A stretch of 64,000 nucleotides of DNA from an uncultured Polyangiaceae bacterium (GTDB taxonomy: Bacteria > Myxococcota_A > Polyangia > Polyangiales > Polyangiaceae): positions 30,520 through 94,519 of the forward strand of contig CAYWLO010000003.1 in NCBI GenBank assembly GCA_964459035.1, in the 5' to 3' direction. The translations under genes and the position numbers were made by a program. How positions within the stretch are numbered: the first letter of the stretch is position 1; each line of letters begins with the position of its first letter. The notes beneath the pieces are model-generated. The model was not told the DNA's origin, made no database searches, and was given only the letters and a program-made list of their open reading frames with translations. Below, piece after piece: positions 46,101 to 53,870 of the stretch.

Positions 46101-48891
46101 TTTGGGGCAGCGTGCCGAACGCTGCACAGATCCTTTGGTACAAATGTGGGCAAGGCTTCGTCAGGCCGAAATTTTAGAGAATACCTGCAAGGACTTGGCT
46201 GTACCAATCAGTGCCTACGAAGAATTGGTAAAGATCTATCCATCGCATCCTTTTGCATTGGTTGCTCTTCAGCGTTTGCATCAGTCTGAAGGAAATGCCG
46301 ACCAGCTAGCTTTAGTGCTTCAGCAGCAAGTGGCGGCGTTCCGTTCTAAGGACAATCAGGTCAGCGCGTTGCGCCATCTGCTGGCCTTAGAAGAAGGGAA
46401 CCTGTCGGCCAAAATCTCAAAGAGCGACGCTTCGGCGCCCGCAACCGATGAGGAGGGGCAACCACAGGCACCAGTACCTGCCCAAGACAACACAGCAACC
46501 TTGGTCGGAATTGCAAAGATGATTTTCGAGCGGGTTCCGCATGATAGAGCCGCGTTGCGTTCTGCGGAGCTTGCCGCTCTGGAGACAAATAATGGAGAAT
46601 TGCTGGCCAGTGTCGACGTTCGATTTGCCCAATTGAGCGAGCAACCCGAATTAGCCGCCGCTCACGCTGCGCGCTTGGGAGAGTTTTTGGAGCCGCGCAA
46701 CCCCGTGCAGGCGTTGGCTCAACATCGGCCCGCTCTCAAGTGGGACTCCGAGAATATTGCGGCGGCACGAGGCATCGCCCGAATTTCTGAGGTTGTCGAT
46801 GATCCTGCCCTTCTCTTAGAAGGTGCTGCTCTGGAGGCAGCGGTGGTGCACAATCCCGAGAAGTCTGCAAAATTGTATACGCGTGCAGCCGAGTTATTGG
46901 CTCAGGGGGGAGAGTCCGAGGAGGCGGCTTCTTGTTTGAAGAAAGCGCTCCTCGTTTTTCCTGACTCAATCGTGGCCGCTCAAACCCTCCATGGTCTTCT
47001 TTCAACTCGTTCCGAGTTTGATGAGCTCTCTGCTGTACTTTCGACGGCTGCTCAATCCTGTTCGTCGCCTGAAGCAATGGCAGAACACTGGATAGCGGTT
47101 GCAAAGATATTTGCAGATGAGCGTGACGACTTGCCCGCAGCCATTGCCGCCCTCAAGCGTGTCGAAAAATCTGGCATCAAGAATTTACCTGTCGCGTTGG
47201 AGCTTTCTGAACTTTATATTCGTGATCGACAATGGGCTCTTGCTGTTGAACAATTGTCAAAGGCGCTCATTCTCGATCCGGGTAATCAGGTGCTTCTTGC
47301 CCTAAGAATGCGCCTTGCCGAGATCTATCACGAGCACCTCGACAAGCTGAGCGATGCAGCGCGTGAGTTGCGAGCCGTATTACGTATCGACCCTGAGCAT
47401 ATTGCCGCTTTGCGTCGACTATTGGCCATTCAAATGACCATGAAGTCTCCAGGTGCCTTAGAGACCTCTCAAAGTCTCGCCGATGTTTCTCAGGGAAGGG
47501 AACGGGCGGAAGCCTTGGTTGCTTCAGGTAAGTTGCTCGCTCGGGCTGGAAAAATTGGCGATGCAGTGCATCCATTTGCCTCAGCTATTGCCTTGGTCGG
47601 CCTAGAACCCGACGACGCCTCTCAGGGAATTTGCGCCATCTTGGACAAGCAGAGCGGCGAAGCGGCTACTTGGTCCGGCTATGCAACCGCTCTGTCGGCG
47701 TTTTGCTCGGCAAGCACCCCAGGAGAACACCAGGCGCGTGTCTACGTAGAGTGGGGGCGCGTGCTAGGAAAAAAACAGAACAAGACAGCCGAGGCAATTG
47801 GGGCTTTGCAGGCAGGGTTGAGAAAAAATCGAGATGCGGCGCAACTGCGTATCGATCTCATCACCTATCTCATGAAAAAATCCCAGTACGGGGAGGCATT
47901 GCCCGAAATTTCAACTCTCTTAGAAACCGCACCGTTGCGAGGAGATTCCTGGGCCGATTTAGTGACCGTTTATGAGAAGATGGGCAAAAATGCTGAATCA
48001 TCAATTGCTCTGGGCCCCCTAGTTCATGTGGGCCAGGCGAGTGAACTGCAAAAATCTATGTGGGCGGGGCGCGCTGCTCAGCCTGCTCTCGTGAGTGAAG
48101 GCGCATTCGACGCAGAGGCACTCTCTCAAACTCTTTCTCCCCAGGCGTCCCCCGAAGCAATTGCGCTTTTGGCACATTTGGCGGGGCCGTTGTCAAAGGT
48201 GTATCCCCCCCAATTGAAGAATTTGGGGGCTTCAGGGCGAAAGAAAATTTCGGCCAAAGGGCTTCATCCTTGCAGACCTGTTCTTGATCGACTCTGTCTG
48301 AGTTTTTCTAGCCCTCCAATCGATCTATATCCCTCGGAAACCGTCGAGGAAATTCACGTGGTCATGACAGATCCTGTGGGGTTGGTGATTCCTTCTAGTT
48401 TGGGAGATCTCTCGGATGTGGAGCAGGTCTGCTACCTTGGACGTTTCGTCGCGAATATCGCCCGAGGCACCCACGCTGTTGATGCACTCACCGAAGAGCA
48501 GCTGCGTTTGGCAATGGCAGCCGCCTTGCGCATGGTGGACGCACCAGGGGACGACTCAACAATTGAAAGCGCGGATCTAACTAAGATTACGAAGAAGTTG
48601 ATCAAAGCGATGCCCTGGCTTTCAAAAGGTCGCATCGAAGAAGCAGCCCGTCATTATGGAGGGGCTCCTTTGCAAGATGTTGGAGAGCTGCGAGAACAAC
48701 TGCGAGCGTCCGCTTTTCGAGCCGCTCTTATTTTGGCCGATGATATTTCGCCTCTCTTTGACCTCTCCAAGGGGGGCTCTCGCTTAGTGGGCGAGCCAGA
48801 TTCGAGAATAGAGTCTCTTCAAGCTGACTTATTGCCCTATTGGGCCAGCGTGGGGGCGATGTCTCTGCGCCGACAATTAGGAATGATCTAA
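43180..48891 (+). CDS. giant TPR-repeat protein (about 1900 aa) with Pro-rich N-terminus and non-TPR C-terminal module
   Basis: The first roughly 170 aa are Pro/Ala/Lys-rich. Dozens of TPR-like units follow (ARMDYERALTLAPNDGAIL, AAQFYERAWEAAPDNLSF, AIEHYRKALGLVPLAEGAF, ALIYYERALEELPDHRQAL...). The start is GTG 43180 or ATG 43189. Confidence 0.8.
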   Translation: MGAMAAHSKSPSSLKPVKKGEHAASKKTQGAKPSPPRAKAASAKAVPPRPPSMKPLPPQGGGLGASKARLKPTPPPPQASSLPNPPARTAPTIPPPPKPPGAPRKSNGMSLPAPTGKSASIAPPPGRLVNPSVQPPLAKTPPPPPALVEKRERGTQAMAPQAPAPRPVAPQEKHAQAAVPHVEVADLQVAVAKQATRGGPVRSEVNSTLVGMPVVSAAYCLASKAYSRVVADSRVVAPGLDDRKNAAQEMRALCEHALSETTEKSRKSRLLHEIARLEEVVFVDHTRALESFQKAHVLDPSFEPALEGLIRLRSALGQWEGTLSLLDEQVALTATAVDKAALLFSKATILEEHLNRLSDARMDYERALTLAPNDGAILQAVARCARRDQDWKSLDASLTIQAKETDDDVALGAVRWAERARIAEQFRKKSNEAAELYEKSFDVDPLASAAIYALERIFIIAKRPRDQVALLEKRAELVDEPAVRAAALAHAGAILANSLREPAEAAQFYERAWEAAPDNLSFLRELEELYRKLGLFDGVVQVLRRLEERGATPEERAALCVRIADVLSRRLGQKRDALVYWERARELTPTLTSCIQPLCAHYEASEAWTELLHVLVQEEGASQDAQRRAELHCRIARIHEKQLGSSDEAIEHYRKALGLVPLAEGAFRELSRLLEKARRYEEVVDLHFRGSETASDTAISLVHLFKVGQVLEGLLGQPERAIPVYRDILTRQPGHLGALFSLQRAAQDAADYAVLVDALLEEAGTYQKPTLKVPLLHRAAQVCLESLGQEKRALELLNNSLTIDQKYAPSLETLAALHNTAGRYPELLKVLNQQLLVLKEPVLVSQQLFRMGRLCEEHLAQDDKALTYFKKAFDADSQGEDLAQAIERCLERMNSFEELAEFLQEKLKSVEPGRVGADLAYRLGVLFELHLGKLQNALIYYERALEELPDHRQALDGKVRVLEIRSESRKTVAALGQRAERCTDPLVQMWARLRQAEILENTCKDLAVPISAYEELVKIYPSHPFALVALQRLHQSEGNADQLALVLQQQVAAFRSKDNQVSALRHLLALEEGNLSAKISKSDASAPATDEEGQPQAPVPAQDNTATLVGIAKMIFERVPHDRAALRSAELAALETNNGELLASVDVRFAQLSEQPELAAAHAARLGEFLEPRNPVQALAQHRPALKWDSENIAAARGIARISEVVDDPALLLEGAALEAAVVHNPEKSAKLYTRAAELLAQGGESEEAASCLKKALLVFPDSIVAAQTLHGLLSTRSEFDELSAVLSTAAQSCSSPEAMAEHWIAVAKIFADERDDLPAAIAALKRVEKSGIKNLPVALELSELYIRDRQWALAVEQLSKALILDPGNQVLLALRMRLAEIYHEHLDKLSDAARELRAVLRIDPEHIAALRRLLAIQMTMKSPGALETSQSLADVSQGRERAEALVASGKLLARAGKIGDAVHPFASAIALVGLEPDDASQGICAILDKQSGEAATWSGYATALSAFCSASTPGEHQARVYVEWGRVLGKKQNKTAEAIGALQAGLRKNRDAAQLRIDLITYLMKKSQYGEALPEISTLLETAPLRGDSWADLVTVYEKMGKNAESSIALGPLVHVGQASELQKSMWAGRAAQPALVSEGAFDAEALSQTLSPQASPEAIALLAHLAGPLSKVYPPQLKNLGASGRKKISAKGLHPCRPVLDRLCLSFSSPPIDLYPSETVEEIHVVMTDPVGLVIPSSLGDLSDVEQVCYLGRFVANIARGTHAVDALTEEQLRLAMAAALRMVDAPGDDSTIESADLTKITKKLIKAMPWLSKGRIEEAARHYGGAPLQDVGELREQLRASAFRAALILADDISPLFDLSKGGSRLVGEPDSRIESLQADLLPYWASVGAMSLRRQLGMI

Positions 48892-48936
48892 TTCTACCGG
48901 AGGTCCCTCAGCCCAGAATGCTCGGGCCCTGTTCTG

Positions 48937-49845
48937 TCAGCGAACGCCGAGCACGAGGCCGCGTTCCGACAGATTGGCGAGAAGCGTTGCGCACCCATTG
49001 AGAACCTCCGGAGAGAGAGCTTGTCCCAGCTTGGAGCAGGCTTTTTCGATGGCATCTCCCAGGTGGGCCCCTTGCTTCAGGTGGTGCAAGAGGGAGCTCG
49101 CTAGGGGGGAGAGATCCATATAACGAATGTCATTCTGTGGATCGCGGTAGGCGAGCAAGTAGGTAGGGCGCATTGGTGGCACGCTCTTGTCGTCCACCGC
49201 CTCAGGCAATTGATGCACCGCATAGGAGAATTCCAAAAGTTCACTGGCCTCGGTGAATTGAAGCCCAAGCTCAAGTGCTAATTCGTGCTCTTGATTTTCG
49301 AGACCAATTTGGTCAGGGGCGTCACTGCTTACAGGCTTTTTGTGTGGGGTCATTGTAAGCTGGGCCGCGACTGAAATACGCGCAGCCTCCAACTGAGCGA
49401 GCTCTCCAATGTAACGAGGCACGTTGGCCGAAACGTGGGCTTTGTAATAATCTAGAAAAATAGGTGTAATATCTCGCAAAAAGCGTGATTTAAATGCTTG
49501 GCTATCTAAGAAATCTTCAAAAATGGTCTCAAATGTCGAACCTAAACGAGCGATAGCGCGCGGCATGGCAAGCTCGAGTACTTGCATCAAGGTCGCTCGC
49601 ACCAACTGCCGATAGATGAGTAGGCGCGAGCTTGGTTGCTGCACCAAGTACTTTTGTTGAGCCGGACTGAGGCGTGCCTTGGTACAAATGAGCTCAATGA
49701 ACTCACCATCGTTGCCTGCTTTTTTGCTGAGTACCAGCAGCGCATAAAAAGTTTCTATGGCTCGCTCCTTGTCAAAAGGAAGTTGAGCCAATTGCTCTTG
49801 CCACGTGCCCTCGCACTCTTTGTTTAAGCTGCTTTTACTCACCAC
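48937..49845 (-). CDS. DUF2063-family protein (MbnC/BufC-like partner of DUF692)
   Basis: SRLLIYRQLVRATLMQVLELAMPRAIARLGSTFETIFEDFLDSQAFKSRFLRDITPIFLDY fits the DUF2063 N-terminal pattern. I moved the start to GTG 49845, 8 nt after the DUF692 stop. The track ATG 49971 would overlap DUF692 by 119 nt. Confidence 0.7.
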   Translation of the reverse strand: MVSKSSLNKECEGTWQEQLAQLPFDKERAIETFYALLVLSKKAGNDGEFIELICTKARLSPAQQKYLVQQPSSRLLIYRQLVRATLMQVLELAMPRAIARLGSTFETIFEDFLDSQAFKSRFLRDITPIFLDYYKAHVSANVPRYIGELAQLEAARISVAAQLTMTPHKKPVSSDAPDQIGLENQEHELALELGLQFTEASELLEFSYAVHQLPEAVDDKSVPPMRPTYLLAYRDPQNDIRYMDLSPLASSLLHHLKQGAHLGDAIEKACSKLGQALSPEVLNGCATLLANLSERGLVLGVR

Positions 49846-49852
49846 AAATCGC

Positions 49853-50734
49853 TCATTTTCTGGATCTGATGGTCTGGTCGTAGATGTCTTGTAGCTGATG
49901 CACTTCGAGGAGAAGTTCATGCAGATCGGGGATATTGTTGTCCCTCTCAAGAACCACCGGGACCGCACCAACCAACTGAAGGGTCTCTTTAAAGAGAGTC
50001 TTTACTGAGTTTGCAATGGCGCTACCATGGGTGTCGAGGAGCATGCCCGCTGCCGGGTGAGGGGGGGTGAGTTGCGAATGACCTGCCATATGCAGTTGAA
50101 CTACTTGCTCGTGGGGCAAGGACTGTATGAATTGCAGAGGATCGTAATGATGATTCATGCCATTCACAAATACGTTGTTTACATCCAAAAGAAGCCCCGC
50201 GCCGCTGAGATGGAGCACTTCGCATAGGAAGTCACACTCGCTCATTTCTGGCTGAACAGGCTGGGCGTAAAATGAGATATTTTCTATGCAAAAGGGGAGG
50301 GCGAGCTCATCCTCAATACTCTTAATTCTATTGGCTACTCTACGGGCACAGCGTTTCGTGAGGGGCAGGGGGAGTAGATCGTGGAGCACTAAAGGGCCAG
50401 CAGTGCTCAAACAAAGATGATCTGAGTGCCAGGGTGTGCTCATGCGCTTCGTTTCTGATGCAAGGGCTTGCATATAAGAAGGGGCAGGAGAGTCGACCGC
50501 CCCGACGCTCATAGTGAGTCCGTGGGTGACAAAATCGTAGTGGTCGCTGAGTTTTTCAAGGGCCTCGGGGAAGAACCCTCCTCTACCCATGTAGTTTTCT
50601 GGGGAAACCTCCCAAAAAACTACGTCGGTGGCGCAGCTCTCTAGAACCTCCTCCAGAAAATCCCAGCGAAGCCCTAAACCAACGCCGCAGAGCTGAGCTC
50701 CTCGCTCTTTGGCTTCTATATAACTCTTGGTCAC
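49853..50734 (-). CDS. DUF692-family (MbnB/TglH/BufB-like) multinuclear non-heme iron enzyme
   Basis: GVGLGLRWDFLEEVL, FWEVSPENYMGRGG, THGLTMSVG, WHSDHLC, LHDLLPLPLT, IENISFY, LLLDVNNVFVN, LHMAGH, LLDTHG and VVLERDNNIP give full-length collinearity with the UPF0276/DUF692 TIM-barrel family. Confidence 0.88.
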   Translation of the reverse strand: MTKSYIEAKERGAQLCGVGLGLRWDFLEEVLESCATDVVFWEVSPENYMGRGGFFPEALEKLSDHYDFVTHGLTMSVGAVDSPAPSYMQALASETKRMSTPWHSDHLCLSTAGPLVLHDLLPLPLTKRCARRVANRIKSIEDELALPFCIENISFYAQPVQPEMSECDFLCEVLHLSGAGLLLDVNNVFVNGMNHHYDPLQFIQSLPHEQVVQLHMAGHSQLTPPHPAAGMLLDTHGSAIANSVKTLFKETLQLVGAVPVVLERDNNIPDLHELLLEVHQLQDIYDQTIRSRK

Positions 50735-50792
50735 AAGTTTCTCATGGTGCCTGAGCTCCCTGTGCGGGCCCTTGGTAAAACTACGCGAGGAC

Positions 50793-51119
50793 TTAAGGTG
50801 TAGTTTCTGGCGTTACTTTTTTCTGTCCGGCGGGAAGAGCAGCGGCGTCCTCTTGTCCGGCGGGAAGAGCAGCGGCGTCCTCTTGTCCGGCGGGAAGAGC
50901 AGCGGCGTCCTCTTGCTTGCTTGGGGAGTCTTGCACCACCTGGTTTTCTGGGGAGTTGATGCTTGCCTGTTCTACTTCAATCAGGGGAGTGTCCTCGGGG
51001 AGATCCTCGTAGACGGGAGTCGATTCTGGATAGGTCGCGTAGCCGGCGGAGCAGGCCCCAGCTAGCAAACTGAGGAAAACAAGAGGGGCCGCGACGAGGG
51101 CTGAAGTAATGCGAAGCAT
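50793..51119 (-). CDS. small secreted/lipoprotein-type acidic repeat protein; candidate substrate of the DUF692 pair
   Basis: 108 aa. The signal peptide MLRITSALVAAPLVFLSLLAGAC is followed by an acidic/Pro-rich region and three repeats of QEDAAALPAG. It lies 58 nt upstream of the DUF692 gene on the same strand. The only Cys is the putative lipobox Cys. Confidence 0.6.
   Translation of the reverse strand: MLRITSALVAAPLVFLSLLAGACSAGYATYPESTPVYEDLPEDTPLIEVEQASINSPENQVVQDSPSKQEDAAALPAGQEDAAALPAGQEDAAALPAGQKKVTPETTP
50824..50913. repeat. 3 x 30-bp perfect tandem repeat
   Basis: The unit TGTCCGGCGGGAAGAGCAGCGGCGTCCTCT is repeated three times without a mismatch. On the minus strand it encodes the QEDAAALPAG repeats. 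Confidence 0.95.
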
Positions 51120-51226
51120 GTTCAGAGCTTATCCTCATTTGTTGATAGATGGCTACGCAGGCCGAAGTTACAGGCGCTTTTAGACCGGAAGCGTTGGTGA
51201 AACATCGAGAGAGAGTCGAAATTCCT

Positions 51227-52123
51227 TCAGTGCTCGGGGCGCGTGAGGTTGAACTGAAGACTACCTTCTACCTTGACGACGCGTCCGATTGTGTCGCCGA
51301 ATAAAGAGAGTTCTTGAGTGAGTAGCCGTCCGGCGCCGTCTCGAGGACTAATTTCGTATTCTGAGAGCGGAACGGATAAATTGCCCTTGAGGGCTACCTT
51401 GATTCCCGTGGGGAGCGTGCTTTCCTCGTCGTATTGAAAGGTGAGGGCGAGGGGAACTTCGCGGTGTACCGAGAGCGAACGCAGAGCGAGATCACCTACC
51501 GCCCGCGCGTAAATAAGCCGCGAATAGCCCGGTTTACCGTCGCTTCTTTTGCGTTTAGCGCCCTTGTGGGCGGCATTTTTTGACAATTTAGTCGCAGAAC
51601 GGATCTTGAAGAGGACAAACTGCTTTTCTGCTTTGGCGGCCTCTGTGTTTTTTTCACCGAGTTCGAGCCAATGCAGTGCTTGGGTTGTCCAGCTGGATGC
51701 ATCGACCAGAGCCGGCTTTTTTTCGGAGAGTCGGGTGCGCTTTCGTTTGTGTGGGGACGACTCCTGCATTTGGAGTTGGGCTAGATCGAGTTTTATCAGT
51801 CCTTGGACTAATTCGAGGTGCTTCAAGTCGAGCGATATTTTGCCGCTGATGCCCGAGAGCACCCCCTGAGGCGAGTTTTTTCTGGTGGGCAGCGAGAATC
51901 TTAAATTTTGTTTGTCTGCGAGCGTAAAAATCGCACGTGGCGCCTTTTGGGGTTGGGAGTCTGTGCCTGGGTTCTTCTTCCATGGTTCTGTGCGTGCAGG
52001 GGTCTCTTCTGGGGCTTTCTCACAGGCGCAGACTGCTACCACCGAGAAAAAGATGAAGGCGCGCACAATGAGATGCTCTGAGGAGCGAGAGAAAATTGTT
52101 GGTGAAGTCAAAGAGAAGCGCAT
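51227..52123 (-). CDS. YceI-like putative lipoprotein
   Basis: I prefer ATG 52123 ([34 protein letters not shown]...). The track start at 52507 would run antisense through thrC. The layout is YceI-like: [13 protein letters not shown]...IKLDLAQLQ, then [20 protein letters not shown], then [10 protein letters not shown]. Confidence 0.5.
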   Translation of the reverse strand: MRFSLTSPTIFSRSSEHLIVRAFIFFSVVAVCACEKAPEETPARTEPWKKNPGTDSQPQKAPRAIFTLADKQNLRFSLPTRKNSPQGVLSGISGKISLDLKHLELVQGLIKLDLAQLQMQESSPHKRKRTRLSEKKPALVDASSWTTQALHWLELGEKNTEAAKAEKQFVLFKIRSATKLSKNAAHKGAKRKRSDGKPGYSRLIYARAVGDLALRSLSVHREVPLALTFQYDEESTLPTGIKVALKGNLSVPLSEYEISPRDGAGRLLTQELSLFGDTIGRVVKVEGSLQFNLTRPEH

Positions 52124-52180
52124 AGGGGCAAGAGGCGGAAAGAGCTGGTCAGCTCGGCGTTTGAGAATATAGTCCGCTCC

Positions 52181-53518
52181 GTGGCATCTACCCCAGAGTA
52201 CAGCGCAGAATTTCGATGTTTTAAGGGCTGTAAAGGCAGCTGGCCTGTAACCCAGGCTATTTATTCCTGCCCGTCGTGCGGCGGACTTCTTGAAGTCCAC
52301 CACGATATGGACGCTCTGAAGAAGAGAAGCGGACCGGGCTGGACGAAACTTTTTGACGAACGGTACCGTCTCAATCAATGGCCCTATGGGTCGGGTGTTT
52401 GGGGAAAACGCGAGTGGGTCATGCCTTCGGTGACCGACGACGAGGTCGTCTCCATGTACGAAGGAGGCACCAACCTTTTTTGGGCAGAGCGTTACGGTCG
52501 CGAGCAAGGAGTGAACGACTTATGGGTGAAGCTTTGCGGCAATAGCCATAGTGGTTCTTTTAAAGACCTCGGCATGACCGTGCTTGTCTCTGTCGTTAAA
52601 AAAGCCCTGGCCGCTGGCACAAAGATCAAAGCAGTAGCGTGCGCTTCAACCGGCGATACGTCTGCCGCTTTGGCTGCCTATGGTGCTGCCGCTGGCTTGC
52701 CCGTTGTGGTGCTTTTACCCCGCGGCAAAATTTCTACCGCTCAATTGGTCCAGCCCCTCGCCAATGGCGCAATGGTCTTGGGACTCGACACCGATTTTGA
52801 TGGTTGCATGAAAATCGTCAAGCGTTTGGCCGAAGAGGGGCATGTTTATCTTGCCAACTCGATGAACCCCCTGCGCTTGGAGGGGCAAAAAACTGTAGGT
52901 ATCGAGATTGTGCAGCAATTTGGCTGGCAGGTACCCGATTGGATTGTGTTGCCCTCGGGTAACTTGGGCAATGCCTCGGCACTTTATGCCGGCTTTCGTA
53001 TGATGAAAGACTTGGGCGTTATCGATCGATATCCTCGACTCGCGGTTGCCCAAGCTGAAAACGCTAACCCCATGTATCGCGCCTTCAAGGCAGGTAAAAC
53101 AGAGGTGGAGTCTGTTGTGGCGAAACCAACACAGGCAACAGCCATTCAAATTGGCGCGCCGGTATCGGCACCCCGCGCAATGGTTGCCCTCAAGGCAATG
53201 AACGGAATTGTCGAGCAAGCCAGCGAGCAAGAACTCTCCGATGCCGCTGCGCGAGCGGACGCCACCGGGATGTACACTTGCCCCCACACGGCCGTGGGCT
53301 TGGCTGTGCTGGAGAAATTGCGCGCCAACAACACCATCAAGTCGTCCGACAAGGTTGTGTGTGTTTCGACTGCAAATGGGCTAAAATTCACCGGCTTTAA
53401 GGTAAAATACCACGAAGGAAAAATTGACGGCGTCAATAGCAGTTTACAGAACGAAGCTGTCATTGTCCCCGCCGAATACGGTAAAGTAGTGGACGCTTTG
53501 AGTAAGCGTTTCTCCTAA
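52181..53518 (+). CDS. thrC: threonine synthase
   Basis: It has a Zn-ribbon-like N-terminus (FRCFKGCKG...[12 protein letters not shown]), the PLP lysine motif [14 protein letters not shown], and [13 protein letters not shown] and [10 protein letters not shown]. The start codon is GTG. Confidence 0.95.
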   Translation: MASTPEYSAEFRCFKGCKGSWPVTQAIYSCPSCGGLLEVHHDMDALKKRSGPGWTKLFDERYRLNQWPYGSGVWGKREWVMPSVTDDEVVSMYEGGTNLFWAERYGREQGVNDLWVKLCGNSHSGSFKDLGMTVLVSVVKKALAAGTKIKAVACASTGDTSAALAAYGAAAGLPVVVLLPRGKISTAQLVQPLANGAMVLGLDTDFDGCMKIVKRLAEEGHVYLANSMNPLRLEGQKTVGIEIVQQFGWQVPDWIVLPSGNLGNASALYAGFRMMKDLGVIDRYPRLAVAQAENANPMYRAFKAGKTEVESVVAKPTQATAIQIGAPVSAPRAMVALKAMNGIVEQASEQELSDAAARADATGMYTCPHTAVGLAVLEKLRANNTIKSSDKVVCVSTANGLKFTGFKVKYHEGKIDGVNSSLQNEAVIVPAEYGKVVDALSKRFS

Positions 53519-53580
53519 TTATCGTTCGTAAAGAACTTCGCTGAGGAGCCCTGCAAGGGGCTAGCTGAGAATTAGGTATT

Positions 53581-53611
53581 GAGTCGGATCATCTGAGATT
53601 CGGCTCTTTTT
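53581..53611 (+). terminator. rho-independent terminator of thrC
   Basis: GAGTCGGAT-catctgag-ATTCGGCTC forms a 9-bp stem including two G-U pairs, followed by TTTTT. Confidence 0.6.
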
Positions 53612-53805
53612 AGTTTTTACCTCGATCGGGAGCCTCTTATCTATACATTTTTGTATAGTAGCTTGGTAAATTGCTCAAATAATATACACCCGCGTATGCA
53701 AGCAAGCTCAATGAGGCTCACCAAGCTCGTAGGTAGGTGGTGCTATGTGGTGAATGAATTCTCCCCCAGAGTGGGAAAGCGCCTGGGCTCCACGAGGCGA
53801 CACCC

Positions 53806-53842
53806 AAAAAAAGGTTCTACATCTCTACGATGCAGAACCTTT
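53806..53842 (-). terminator. rho-independent terminator of the PEGA-protein gene
   Basis: The minus strand reads AAGGTTCTGCA-tcgtagaga-TGTAGAACCTT followed by a run of seven T. It lies about 30 nt after the stop at 53871. Confidence 0.75.
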
Positions 53843-53870
53843 GTACTGTTTTTGTGCGCTGAACTTCTGA

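Noticed and set aside
50727-51065. Plus-strand ORF with SGGKSSGVLL x3 repeats
   Set aside because: It is the antisense reading of the 30-bp tandem repeat. It has no signal, no RBS and overlaps the DUF692 start. The minus-strand ORF has a signal peptide and operon context.
52124-52507. 128-aa N-terminal extension of the YceI-like ORF
   Set aside because: It runs antisense through the first 100 or more codons of the unambiguous thrC gene. Internal ATG 52123 yields a proper signal peptide and lipobox.
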